A DNA stretch of 64,000 bases, from positions 8,060,001 to 8,124,000 of the forward strand of contig CM022666.1 in assembly GCA_012295275.1 (NCBI GenBank), written 5' to 3'. The notes under the pieces are model-generated. The model did not search any database and had not been told where the DNA came from. It saw nothing but the letters and a program-made list of their open reading frames with translations. How positions within the stretch are numbered: the first letter of the stretch is position 1; each line of letters starts with the position of its first letter. Below, in pieces: positions 14,202 to 26,316 of the stretch. Position numbers and translations under genes: made by a program. Source of the stretch: Chrysomallon squamiferum. Lineage: Eukaryota > Animalia > Mollusca.

Positions 14202-14235
<34 letters not shown>

Positions 14236-14544
14236 CACACACATACATATGCACACATATATGCATACATATACATATACATCCATACATATAAACATAC
14301 ATACATATACACACACATACATACATACACACATACATATATACATACATACATACATATACACACACATACATACATACATACACACACATACATACAT
14401 ACACACACACATACATACATACATACACACATACATACGTAGGCATGTATGTATCAGGTACGTATGGTTAGTCGGGTTTGAAAATGTCGCGATCATAAAT
14501 AAAGAATAATTTTGATTTCAGGTCAAAAACTGTGCAGCTATAAA

Positions 14545-14644
14545 GTTAAATTCGGCAAGTTTTTATGCCCACAGCAGAGAAATAGATAATTATCAACACA
14601 GTCTCAATTGTCAAGAATAGAAATATAGTTCGCTCAGAATACAT
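14545..14644 (-). pseudogene. 5' remnant (about 33 codons) of another copy of the HIT/GalT-like gene
   Basis: It reads MYSERTIFLFLTIETVLIIIYFSAVGIK, then has a 1-nt shorter T run, then homology stops. The flanks (14440-14520, 14645-14880, 16460-17020) match the array spacer. Confidence 0.85.
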
Positions 14645-14875
14645 TGTTTCAAATAATTTAGTTATGTAATTTTCACACGTAACTTGTAAGACACTATGCA
14701 CTTTTAAAATAATTTTCCACCGTTCTTTTAAATCTTGTAAGACGGGTGCATACGTATCTCAGATTTCTAAGTGCGGCGATCAGTTGCAAGATAAAACATC
14801 CTGTTTTATTTTAGCTGCGTTTTACATGAGATACGTTTTATGTTTTACCAGCTAATATTACTAAGTATCGTGCAT

Positions 14876-14935
<60 letters not shown>

Positions 14936-14962
14936 GTATATGTAAAGATGTAGGTACGTGTG

Positions 14963-14993
<31 letters not shown>

Positions 14994-15060
14994 ATGAAGG
15001 TATGTGTGTGTGTATATATATATGTATATATGTATATATTTATGTATATATGTATATGTA

Positions 15061-16316
15061 GGTAAGGTGGGGTAACTCTGGTCCCTAAGATATGTTATAA
15101 CTTACATCCACTATACTGTTCTGTGGAGGCTTCTGGAACTTTGTTGATATAAACAGAACCTACTTCTCATTAGAACAAAGGATGTAGTAGGTAAGCAGCC
15201 ATTTACATGTGAAGTATAGTGGCCATGAAAGTAGTGAAAACAACAAGGTTGTAAAAAAGTGCGTCTTGAGGTTTCAAAAGTGAGTGGTTTTTTTTACTTC
15301 TATAGACATAAGGTTATTGATAATTTATAACAGGTAAACATATAATCAATTATTAAGTTCAGCAGAAGAAACTTGATTAATATGTTCTAATTAGGAAACG
15401 AGTGTATGTTTTATTGTACTCCACCACTTCGGGCAATTCTGGCCCTCATCATGGGGTAAATCTGGCCCCGTATGTGTTGGAGAAATCAATAGGTTTGGCA
15501 TTGCTATAGTCCATTCTGAGTTTTATTTAAGTTTCTTGAAACAGTTGAAAGTCCATGGTCCATCTGGTGCGGCACGTTGTCAAAATGCAAATAAAATCTA
15601 AAGGACGAGGTATGCCGAGGCACTGACAGAAGAAGAAAGTGTCAACAAGTATGAAGAAAAGTTGGCAGAGAAGAAGAGGAAGGAGGAAGAAAAAACTAAA
15701 ATGAACAAAGAATGGACTAGGCAAAACAAAAACCCCCCATTTCACAAAAGCAGATAAAAAGACAGAGATGTAGTAGATATACAAGAAAAACGTGAACTCT
15801 GTGGCAGAGTTGATGATGGAATGAATTCTGACGAGTTCATAGGATGTGACGGGTGCCCAAATTGGTATTGTCTTGATTCTTGCGCAAACCTCGAAATCCC
15901 GGCTGGTGCGGAATTGAAAGATATTGTATTCTTGTGTGATATTTGTCAAGGAGTTTAGTTTTTAAACTAAACTCTTAGTTTTTGAATTTGAATTATATTA
16001 TGATTAGTACTAATTATTATTAGTAGTACAATGATTACATAGCAATAATCAGTACAACAAATTTGAGGTCCAAAATACATCATGAATGTGGGGCCAGATT
16101 TACCCCAAATCAACAGAGCAAATGTGGCCCCTGACAACAATTTTTAACCTGGTTCCCATTTCAAAAATATAAACACCATGCTACTAGTGTTTGTGTATTT
16201 TGAAACAGAAATAGATATACTACACATTATTCACTCCATTTTGTTGTTTCCTTTTGTTTGTGAAACTGTAGGTGAGGTTGAATGGAAAAAGGGGCCAGAA
16301 TTACCCCACCCTACCC
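15061..16316 (+). mobile_element. Non-autonomous, internally deleted pogo-like (Tc1/mariner superfamily) DNA transposon with a degenerate transposase C-terminus and PHD finger
   Basis: Imperfect TIRs of about 25 bp (ggtaaggtggggtaactctggtccc and ggggccagaattaccccaccctaccc), with TA on both flanks. TIR-motif repeats occur internally at about 15431, 15452 and 16090. The + frame at about 15533-15958 reads ...YAEALTEEESVNKYEEKLAEKKRKEEEK...ELCGRVDDGMNSDEFIGCDGCPNWYCLDSCANLEIPAGAELKDIVFLCDICQGV* with two in-frame stops. Confidence 0.8.
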
Positions 16317-16373
16317 TATATATATATGTATGTATGCATGTATGTGTGTGTATTTATGTATGTATGTCTATGC

Positions 16374-16417
<44 letters not shown>

Positions 16418-16746
16418 ATAGATAGATAGATAGATAGATATAGATATATACAGATAAATGAACAATGAAAATATGTTGTCTTAAATACCTTTCAGTAGAT
16501 TGCACACAGACAACATTGATGAAAACATTAACACAAGATGACGAAGTCAATATTTAACAAACGTTTTATAGGAGACTCGAACGTGTGGCGCCCATTTGCT
16601 CAACAAAACAACCTTTTATATGTGTGTGTATATTAATGTACGCTTGTAAACATGTGAAGATGTGAACATAGTTTGAAAATGTGTCATTAAATAAATAAAT
16701 ACTTCACATACACACACACACATACACACACATACATACACACACA

Positions 16747-16784
<38 letters not shown>

Positions 16785-17824
16785 AGGGTGGCGACTAAAG
16801 CAGGAAGTTAAATGAGATATCGCGGCGATCACGTGTTACTTATTCATTTCAAAGCCAGCGAGTTCACTGTAAATCGGGACTCAAAGTGAAATATATGGGC
16901 CGTGTATTTGGTGTCAGCTCCGTCGCTTGGCAACCGGCTATTTATAAACCCTGCTCGGGTCTATGTGCAAATTCTATTCAGAAGTACACAAGACAGAGAA
17001 TATTCAAAATCCTAAACTACATAAATGCCAGTGCCAGGTTTCCCACAAAAAAATAGATGCACGCAAAAATAATGAAAGACAAAGAACGGCGTGCTTCGTG
17101 GGAAGCGATGATTACCTTCGGTTATTGAGCAACTTTTTTTAAGGTTGTCTCATGGCCGAACGGTAAAATCGGCGGGCGAATGGGTGCATACGTTCGAGTC
17201 TCGTCACCGGCATCTGACGGGTTTGTGATTGGACTTTGTCATCCTGCGCTAGTGCGTTCCGGAATATTGTCTATGTGCAGAGCCTATTTAGACGTACATA
17301 AGACAGAGAATATTCAAAATCCTAAACTACATACATACGTACATACACATATGCATACGCAAGAATGTATGTAAGTCGGATTTGAAAATGTCGGCACCAT
17401 AAATAAAGAATAATTTTTATTTCAACTAAGATATACACAAAATACTTTTACTATACAGATATAACCAGTGACTACCTAGCACATGACAAGTATGGCTCGT
17501 AGCCTGTTCGCCATTTGAAGAGGGCGCCACTGAGCACTTTCTGTTAACACTGACTGCTATTTTTAGAGGAGTTTTATGGTATAAAGTAATTTGAAAGATG
17601 ATGTCAGATGTTTGGACAAGGTGTACAATTTCAGTGCTTGTCATAGACGCTATTTTCCTTAGATACCCCTCTGGTTTTACTAATTAATATACAAAAACAG
17701 AAATACATTTGATTACAAATCCGAAACAAACAAAAGCTCGTATACTGTATCTCAGAAATATATAAATATACACACCGTTCTTTTATGACTTAGACACATG
17801 AACATACACATCCGAGACAAAACG

Positions 17825-19150
17825 CTAAGATCTTTTCTTTATAGAATTTCTCACATAGACAATTACTTTCCACGGATCTATATTGACATTGGTAGCAGCA
17901 AACAGCTCCAACGAACTGATGTCTGTGCGCATGTCTGACACTGTTCCCCGGGTAATGATCCGTGCATACGCTGGAATGCGACCTTTAGAATTCTTCAAGG
18001 CAGGCAACCCAATACCGAGACTGAAACTGAAAAGTTTCCGATCATCTACAAATGCCCTGAGAACAAAGTATATCAGTTCAAAGAAATGTTCGTCGGCTTC
18101 CTGGCTCATCACGACAACCTCGTTATCCTTTCTCGGTATCAGACTGGCGAAAACTACAGCGTTTCCGTGGTGAGCTGTGAGTCCAAGAAGTGAGTAGAAA
18201 TGAACAAGATCCTGGAAGTAGTTGGTGCCAGTGTTTCGGTAGTAGCTCTCGGCCGCCGATCGCCACATCTCGATGACGCCGTGGTAGCTGGTGGGATCGA
18301 GAAAGCCGTGCATGTGTGGATGGATTTGACTGACTCCTGCTTTAGGAAACAGGTCCCACACTATTAAAGGATACTGAGATTTGTTATCAAAGACACTGGC
18401 TGCTCGAAACCACTTCACAGACAGGAGCATCATGTCCATGAACTCTTCCAGCGTCCACTTCAGTGGATGGTGCTTCTTGAGGACAAACAAAGCGTGCCAG
18501 TTGTCCATCTTGAAAGCGTTGGAAGCAGTAAATGCGTGTTTCGACTCCAGCCGATGTATTACATGCTCGGCCGTGAAATTTCGATAGCTACAAAAGTCGC
18601 ACGATATTTCGCTTTCGGAAACCAACCTCTCGACGTAATCCTCCTCAGATTCCTTCGGTCGTACAACAGGTCGTTTCTCTCTTAAAGGATTGAAAATGGT
18701 TTCTTCTCTAGTGTAGTAATTGTAGATGTGTATAATTTCCTGCTGCCTGGACTGCTGAAACAAATCCTCATCGTTACCTAACCACGATCTCATTTTCATT
18801 TCGAATGGTTTTGGAAACAATATCGGAGCTCTACGCTTCTCGATACGAAAAACAGACGAAAACTTTCTGTGTAAATCTTTGCAGTGAAAATCTTCAGATT
18901 GTGACCATTGCTGGGTAATGTCTTCGAGATTAGAAACAGAAAACAGAAGAGACTTTTCTTTTAGACATCTTCTTCTGAACCAGGACTCGTCGTATGACGA
19001 TTTTGTAACGAGTCTCGGCCATTGTGAATAAGAACTGTGCAGCGATGAGGTTAAATTCGGCAAGTTTTTTATGCCCACAGCAGAGAAATAGATAATTATC
19101 AACACAATCTGAATTGTTATGAATATAAATATACGTCGCAGAGAATACAT
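17825..19150 (-). CDS. HIT/GalT-like type II membrane protein, copy 2 (intact, 441 aa)
   Basis: Full ORF nearly identical to copy 1. Differences are concentrated in the first ~56 residues. Confidence 0.85.
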   Translation of the reverse strand: MYSLRRIFIFITIQIVLIIIYFSAVGIKNLPNLTSSLHSSYSQWPRLVTKSSYDESWFRRRCLKEKSLLFSVSNLEDITQQWSQSEDFHCKDLHRKFSSVFRIEKRRAPILFPKPFEMKMRSWLGNDEDLFQQSRQQEIIHIYNYYTREETIFNPLREKRPVVRPKESEEDYVERLVSESEISCDFCSYRNFTAEHVIHRLESKHAFTASNAFKMDNWHALFVLKKHHPLKWTLEEFMDMMLLSVKWFRAASVFDNKSQYPLIVWDLFPKAGVSQIHPHMHGFLDPTSYHGVIEMWRSAAESYYRNTGTNYFQDLVHFYSLLGLTAHHGNAVVFASLIPRKDNEVVVMSQEADEHFFELIYFVLRAFVDDRKLFSFSLGIGLPALKNSKGRIPAYARIITRGTVSDMRTDISSLELFAATNVNIDPWKVIVYVRNSIKKRS

Positions 19151-19428
19151 TGTTTCAAATAATTTACTTACGTAAGTTTCACACGTAACTTGTAAGATAT
19201 TGTGTAATTTTGAAACAATTTTCCACCGTTGTTTTAAAACTTGTAAGACGGGTGCATACGTATCTCAGATTTCTAAGCGTGGCGAGACCTAAATCTTGTT
19301 TTATCTTGCAAATGATGACAGCTTTTGTCTTGCCCGTGAAATCTGAGATTTCCTCGATGTGTAGTGATTGATCTTATGTGAGATACGTTTTATGTTTTAC
19401 CAGCTAATATTATTAAGCACGATACATC

Positions 19429-19464
<36 letters not shown>

Positions 19465-19699
19465 AAAAGTATGTTGTCTTAAATATCTTTCAGTAGATTG
19501 CACACAGACAACATTGATGAAAACATTAACACAGGAAGACGAAGTCAGTATTTAACGTTTTATAGGAGACTCGAACCTCTGGCGCCCATTTGCTCAACAA
19601 GACAACCTTATATATGTGTGTGTATATTAATGTACGCGTGTAAACATGCATGAATATATGAACATATGTTTGAAAATGTGTCATTAAATAAATAAATAC

Positions 19700-19734
<35 letters not shown>

Positions 19735-19933
19735 ACACACAGAGACACACACACAGACAAACACACACATACGTACATATTAGGGTGGCGACTAAAGCAG
19801 TAAGTTAAATGAGATATCGCGGCGATCACGTATTACTATTCATTTCAAAGCCAGCGAGTTCACTGTAAATCGAGACTCAAAGTGAAATATATGGTCCGTG
19901 CATTTCGTTTCAGCTTGTCGCTTGGCAACCGGC

Positions 19934-19942
19934 TATTTATAA
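19934..19942 (-). promoter_or_regulatory. Candidate TATA box (TATAAATA on the minus strand) of the HIT-like genes, repeated in the array units
   Basis: + strand ctatttataaa lies about 790 bp upstream of the copy 2 ATG. Equivalents are at about 16939 and 22659, with a degenerate one at about 25266. Confidence 0.35.
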
Positions 19943-20487
19943 ACCCTGCTCAGGTCTATATACAAAGTCTACTCAGACGTACATAAGACAGAGAATATTC
20001 AAAATCCTAAACTACATACTTACGTACATACACACATGCTTACGCAGGCATGTATGTAAGTCGGATTTGAAAACGTCGGCATCATAAATAAAGAATAATT
20101 TTTATTTCAACTCAGAAATACACAAAATACTCTTCTATACAGATATAACCAGTGGCTACCTAACACATGGCTCGTATGGCTCGTATCCTGGTCGCCATTT
20201 GAAGAGGGCGCCACTGAGCACTTTCTGTTAAAACTGACTGCTATTTTTAGAGGAGTTTTATGGTATAAAGTAATTTGAAAGATGGTGTCAGATGTTTGGA
20301 CAGGTGCACAATTTCAGTGCTTGTCATAGACGTTATTTTCCTCAGATACTAATTACTATACAAAAACAGAAATACATTTTATTACAACTCCGAAACAAAC
20401 AAAAGCTCGCATATTGTAATATATAAAAATATATACACCGTCCTTTTATGACTTAGACACATGTACATATACATCCGAGACAAAACG

Positions 20488-21814
20488 CTAAGATCTTTTC
20501 TTTATAGAATTTCTCACATAGACAATTACTTTCCATGGATCTATATTGACGTTGGTAGCAGTAAAAAGTTCCAACGAACTGATGTCTGTGCGCATGTCTG
20601 ACACTGTTCCCCGGGTAATGATCCGTGCATACGCTGGAATGCGACCTTTAGAATTCTTCAAGGCAGGCAACCCAATACCGAGACTGAAACTGAAAAGTTT
20701 CCGATCATCTACAAATGACCTGAGAACAAAGTATATCAGTTCAAAGAAATGTTCGTCTGCTTCCTGGCTAATCACGACAACTTCGTTATCCTTTCTCGGT
20801 ATCAGACTGGCGAAAACTACAGCGTTTCCGTGGTGAGCTGTGAGTCCAAGAAGTGAGTAGAAATGAACAAGATCCTGGAAGTAATTGGTGCCAGTGTTTC
20901 GGTAGTACCTCTCGGCCGCCGATCTCCACATCTCGATGACGCCGTGGTAGCTGGTGGGATCGAGAAAGCCGTGCATGTGTGGATGGATTTGACTGACTCC
21001 TGCTTTAGGAAACAGGTCCCACACTATTAAAGGATACTGAGATTTGTTATCAAAGACACACGGCTGCTCGAAACCACTTCACAGACAGGAGCATCATGTC
21101 CATGAACTCTTCCAGCGTCCACTTCAGTGGATGGTGCTTCTTGAGGACAAACAAAGCGTGCCAGTTGTCCATCTTGAAAGCATTGGAAGCAGTAAATGCG
21201 TGTTTCGACTCCAGCCGATGTATTACATGCTCGGCCGTGAAATTTCGATAGCTACAAAAGTCGCACAATATTTCGCTTTCGGAAACCAACCTCTCGACGT
21301 AATCCTCCTCAGATTCCTTCGGTCGTACAACAGGTCGTTTCTCTCTTAAAGGATTGAAAATGGTTTCTTCTCTAGTGTAATAATTGTAGATGTGTATAAT
21401 TTCCTGCTGCCTGGACTGCTGAAACAAATCCTCATCGTTACCTAACCACGATCTCATTTTCATTTCGAATGGTTTTGGAAACAATATCGGAGCTCTACGT
21501 TTCTCGATACGAAAAACAGACGAAAACTTTGCGTGTAAATCTTTGCAGTGAAAATCTTCAGATTGTGACCATTGCTGGGTAATGTCTTCGAGATTAGAAA
21601 CAGAAAACAGAAGAGACTTTTCTTTTAGACATCTTCTTCTGAACCACGACTGGTCGTATGACGATTTTGTAACGAGTCTCGGCCATTGTGAATAAGAACT
21701 GTGCAGCGATGAGGTTAAATTCGGCAAGTTTTTTATGCCCACAGCAGAGAAATAGATAATTATCAACACAATCTGAATTGTTATGAATATAAATATACGT
21801 CGCTGAGAATACAT
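20488..21814 (-). pseudogene. HIT/GalT-like gene copy 3, +1 frameshift near 21060 (pseudogene or assembly error)
   Basis: The span is 1327 nt versus 1326. It reads aagacacacggctg versus aagacactggctg in the intact copies, which splits the ORF into 254-aa and 178-aa pieces upstream of HPHMH. Confidence 0.75.
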
Positions 21815-22092
21815 TGTTTCAAATAATTTACTTACGTAAGTTTCACACGTAACTTGTAAGATATTGTGTAATTTTGAAACAATTTTCCACCGTTGTTTTA
21901 AAACTTGTAAGACGGGTGCAGATGTATCTCAGATTTCTAAGCGTGGCGAGACCTAAATCTTGTTTTATCTTGCAAATGATGACAGCTTTTGTCTTGCCCG
22001 TGAAATCTGAGATTTCCTCGATGTGTAGTGATTGATCTTATGTGAGATACGTTTTATGTTTTACCAGCTAATATTATTAAGCACGATACATC

Positions 22093-22176
<84 letters not shown>

Positions 22177-22411
22177 AAAAGTATGTTGTCTTAAATATCT
22201 TTCAGTAGATTGCACACAGACAACATTGATGAAAACATTAACACAGGAAGACGAAGTCAGTATTTAACGTTTTATAGGAGACTCGAACGTATGGCGCCCA
22301 TTTGCTCAACAAGACAACCTTATATATGTGTGTGTATATTAATGTACGCGTGTAAACATGCATGAATATATGAACATATGTTTGAAAATGTGTCATTAAA
22401 TAAATAAATAC

Positions 22412-22461
<50 letters not shown>

Positions 22462-23212
22462 CACAGAGACACACACACAGACAAACACACACATACGTAC
22501 ATATTAGGGTAGCGACTAAAGCAGGAAGTTAAATGAGATATCGCGGCGATCACGTATTACTATTCATTTCAAAGCCAGCGAGTTCACTGTAAATCGAGAC
22601 TCAAAGTGAAATATATGGTCCGTGCATTTCGTTTCAGCTTCGTCGCTTGGCAACCGGCTATTTATAAACCCTGCTCAGGTCTATATACAAAGTCTACTCA
22701 GACGTACATAAGACAGAGAATATTCAAAATCCTAAACTACATACTTACGTACATACACACATGCTTACGCAGGCATGTATGTAAGTCGGATTTGAAAACG
22801 TCGGCATCATAAATAAAGAATAATTTTTATTTCAACTCAGAAATACACAAAATACTCTTCTATACAGATATAACCAGTGGCTACCTAACACATGGCTCGT
22901 ATGGCTCGTATCCTGGTCGCCATTTGAAGAGGGCGCCACTGAGCACTTTCTGTTAAAACTGACTGCTATTTTTAGAGGAGTTTTATGGTATAAAGTAATT
23001 TGAAAGATGGTGTCAGATGTTTGGACAGGTGCACAATTTCAGTGCTTGTCATAGACGTTATTTTCCTCAGATACTAATTACTATACAAAAACAGAAATAC
23101 ATTTTATTACAACTCCGAAACAAACAAAAGCTCGCATATTGTAATATATAAAAATATACACACCGTCCTTTTATGACTTAGACACATGTACATATACATC
23201 CGAGACAAAACG

Positions 23213-24537
23213 CTAAGATCTTTTCTTTATAGAATTTCTCACATAGACAATTACTTTCCATGGATCTATATTGACGTTGGTAGCAGTAAAAGTTCCAACG
23301 AACTGATGTCTGTGCGCATGTCTGACACTGTTCCCCGGGTAATGATCCGTGCATACGCTGGAATGCGACCTTTAGAATTCTTCAAGGCAGGCAACCCAAT
23401 ACCGAGACTGAAACTGAAAAGTTTCCGATCATCTACAAATGCCCTGAGAACAAAGTATATCAGTTCAAAGAAATGTTCGTCTGCTTCCTGGCTAATCACG
23501 ACAACTTCGTTATCCTTTCTCGGTATCAGACTGGCGAAAACTACAGCGTTTCCGTGGTGAGCTGTGAGTCCAAGAAGTGAGTAGAAATGAACAAGATCCT
23601 GGAAGTAGTTGGTGCCAGTGTTTCGGTAGTACCTCTCGGCCGCCGATCTCCACATCTCGATGACGCCGTGGTAGCTGGTGGGATCGAGAAAGCCGTGCAT
23701 GTGTGGATGGATTTGACTGACTCCTGCTTTAGGAAACAGGTCCCACACTATTAAAGGATACTGAGATTTGTTATCAAAGACATTGGCTGCTCGAAACCAC
23801 TTCACAGACAGGAGCATCATGTCCATGAACTCTTCCAGCGTCCACTTCAGTGGATGGTGCTTCTTGAGGACAAACAAAGCGTGCCAGTTGTCCATCTTGA
23901 AAGCGTTGGAAGCAGTAAATGCGTGTTTCGACTCCAGCCGATGTATTACATGCTCGGCCGTGAAATTTCGATAGCTACAAAAGTCGCACGATATTTCGCT
24001 TTCGGAAACCAACCTCTCGACGTAATCCTCCTCAGATTCCTTCGGTCGTACAACAGGTCGTTTCTCTCTTAAAGGATTGAAAATGGTTTCTTCTCTAGTG
24101 TAATAATTGTAGATGTGTATAATTTCCTGCTGCCTGGACTGCTGAAACAAATCCTCATCGTTACCTAACCACGATCTCATTTTCATTTCGAATGGTTTTG
24201 GAAACAATATCGGAGCTCTACGTTTCTCGATACGAAAAACAGACGAAAACTTTGCGTGTAAATCTTTGCAGTGAAAATCTTCAGATTGTGACCATTGCTG
24301 GGTAATGTCTTCGAGATTAGAAACAGAAAACAGAAGAGACTTTTCTTTTAGACATCTTCTTCTGAACCACGACTCGTCGTATGGCGATTTTACAACGAGT
24401 CTCGGCCATTGTGAATAAGAACTGTTCAGCGATGAGGTTAAATTCGGCAAGTTTTTTATGCCCACAGCACAGAAATAGATAATTATCAACACAGTCGTAA
24501 TTGTGAAGAATAGAAATATAGTTCGCTCAGTATACAT
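23213..24537 (-). pseudogene. HIT/GalT-like gene copy 4, -1 frameshift near 23290 altering the C-terminus (423-aa product; may be a homopolymer error)
   Basis: The span is 1325 nt. It reads gcagtaaaagttcc versus gcagtaaaaagttcc in copy 3. The catalytic motif is retained. Confidence 0.7.
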
Positions 24538-24811
24538 TGTTTCAAATTTAGTTATGTAATTTCACACGTAACGTATAAGACACTATGTACTTTTCAAATA
24601 ATTTTCCACCGTTCTTTTAAAACTTGTAATATGTGTACATACGTATCTCAGATTTCTAAGCATGGCGATGACCTAAATCTTGTTTTATCTTGCAACTGAT
24701 GACAGCTTTTGTGTTGTTAGTGAAATTTTAGATTTTCTCGACGTGTAGTGATTGATCTTATGTGAGATACGTTTTATGTTTTACCAGCTAATATTATTAA
24801 GCACGATGCAT

Positions 24812-24882
<71 letters not shown>

Positions 24883-26229
24883 AAAAGTATGTTGTCTTAA
24901 ATAGCTTTCAGTAGACTGGACAGAGATAACATTGATGAAAACTTTGGCACATGATGACGAAGTCAATATTTAACAAACGTTTTATGGGAGACTCGAACGG
25001 ATGGCGCCCGTTCGCTCAACAAGACAACCTTTTATATGTGTGTATATATTAATGTACGCTTGTACGTATGCATGAATATGTGAACATAGTTTGAAAATGT
25101 CATTAAATAAATAAATAGTTTACACACACACACAGAGACACACACACACACACACAGATTATGGTGGCGACTAAAGCAGGTAGCTAAATGAGATAACGCA
25201 GCAATCTCGTGTTACTATTCATTTCACAGGGCACTTGGTAAAAGGTCCGTCGCTTGGGAACCGGCTATTTATTAAAAACCCTTCTCGGGTAGGCTTACTT
25301 TTTAAGGTCACGCATTGGCGAGTTTTAAAAGGTTCTATGTAGTCACCATTGTCACTGAAGCAGTCAGAGGTTTTCATCAGTTCGCCCAGAACAATCTGAC
25401 ATCCGGTAACACTGAACCCTGTTACATAAACTAAATATAAATAATGGCCAAAGGTTACGGAAGAGCATAGAGCTGATTAGATGAACATATTTATAAATTC
25501 TGCCTTGTTAATTTGTCACGTGTAATTACATCAGTATTTTCTATCTCCAAGCAGATACAAAAAAAAAAAAAAAAAGAAACGAAATATATATATCGTTATC
25601 GTTTGAATATATCTTCAGTGTGCACACTCACTTACTTCCCATTCTATCTGCACGTTTTATCAAAGCCTGTTCTTTCTGTGAGAAGGTTTATGAAAAACAT
25701 CACTTTCTTCTAAATAATCTTTTTTATTAGTAGTATTAATTTTTTAAAGTTGTCCAAATTACTGAAGGCGGGTTTCCTTTTTCGTTATTTCTGTGGTGCT
25801 CACTGATATCTGTACTGTGATAAATAATTGACTATGATTAAAACAAATTCAGTGTAGCTTTAAATATCATGGAGGTTTGAGAGAGGGTGAAACGATGACA
25901 TGTTGACAACGACAAATTAACAAACGAGTCCAAATGGTAAACCAAAACGTCATCTGTGCACATAACACGTAGCAGAGGTGTTTCAACAACTGCCACAACA
26001 AAAGCCATTTGGTGTAAAACTAATTAAGGCGATAATAAAAATAATATCGAGACACGTAGAAACCGGTTATTACAGCTAACTCAGCTCTAGAACTGCAAGT
26101 CTCTGCGTCCAATCCAAGTAATGATTTCAGCACAGATTTATCTGTTCACGTTAGTTACTTCTAATTTATAACACCCGAATATCAGTCTCACTATCCATAA
26201 CTCCATCCATCCATCCATCCATCCATCCA

Positions 26230-26233
<4 letters not shown>

Positions 26234-26312
<79 letters not shown>
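26234..26312. repeat. (CT)n microsatellite, preceded by (CCAT)n
   Basis: Read directly from the sequence. Confidence 0.95.

Positions 26313-26316
<4 letters not shown>

Larger units (their letters stand above)
16460..25275. repeat. Tandem segmental duplication, unit about 2.7 kb (gene plus spacer)
   Basis: Spacer landmarks recur, for example gcgactaaagcag at about 16790, 19788, 22512 and 25167, and ccggctatttat at about 16934, 19929, 22654 and 25261. Confidence 0.95.

Noticed and set aside
15527-15949. 140-aa minus-strand ORF inside the transposon
   Set aside because: It is antisense to the degenerate transposase/PHD frame on the plus strand.
20488-21024. 178-aa ORF as an independent gene
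   Set aside because: It is the 3' half of frameshifted copy 3 and starts at a GTG (Val) codon.
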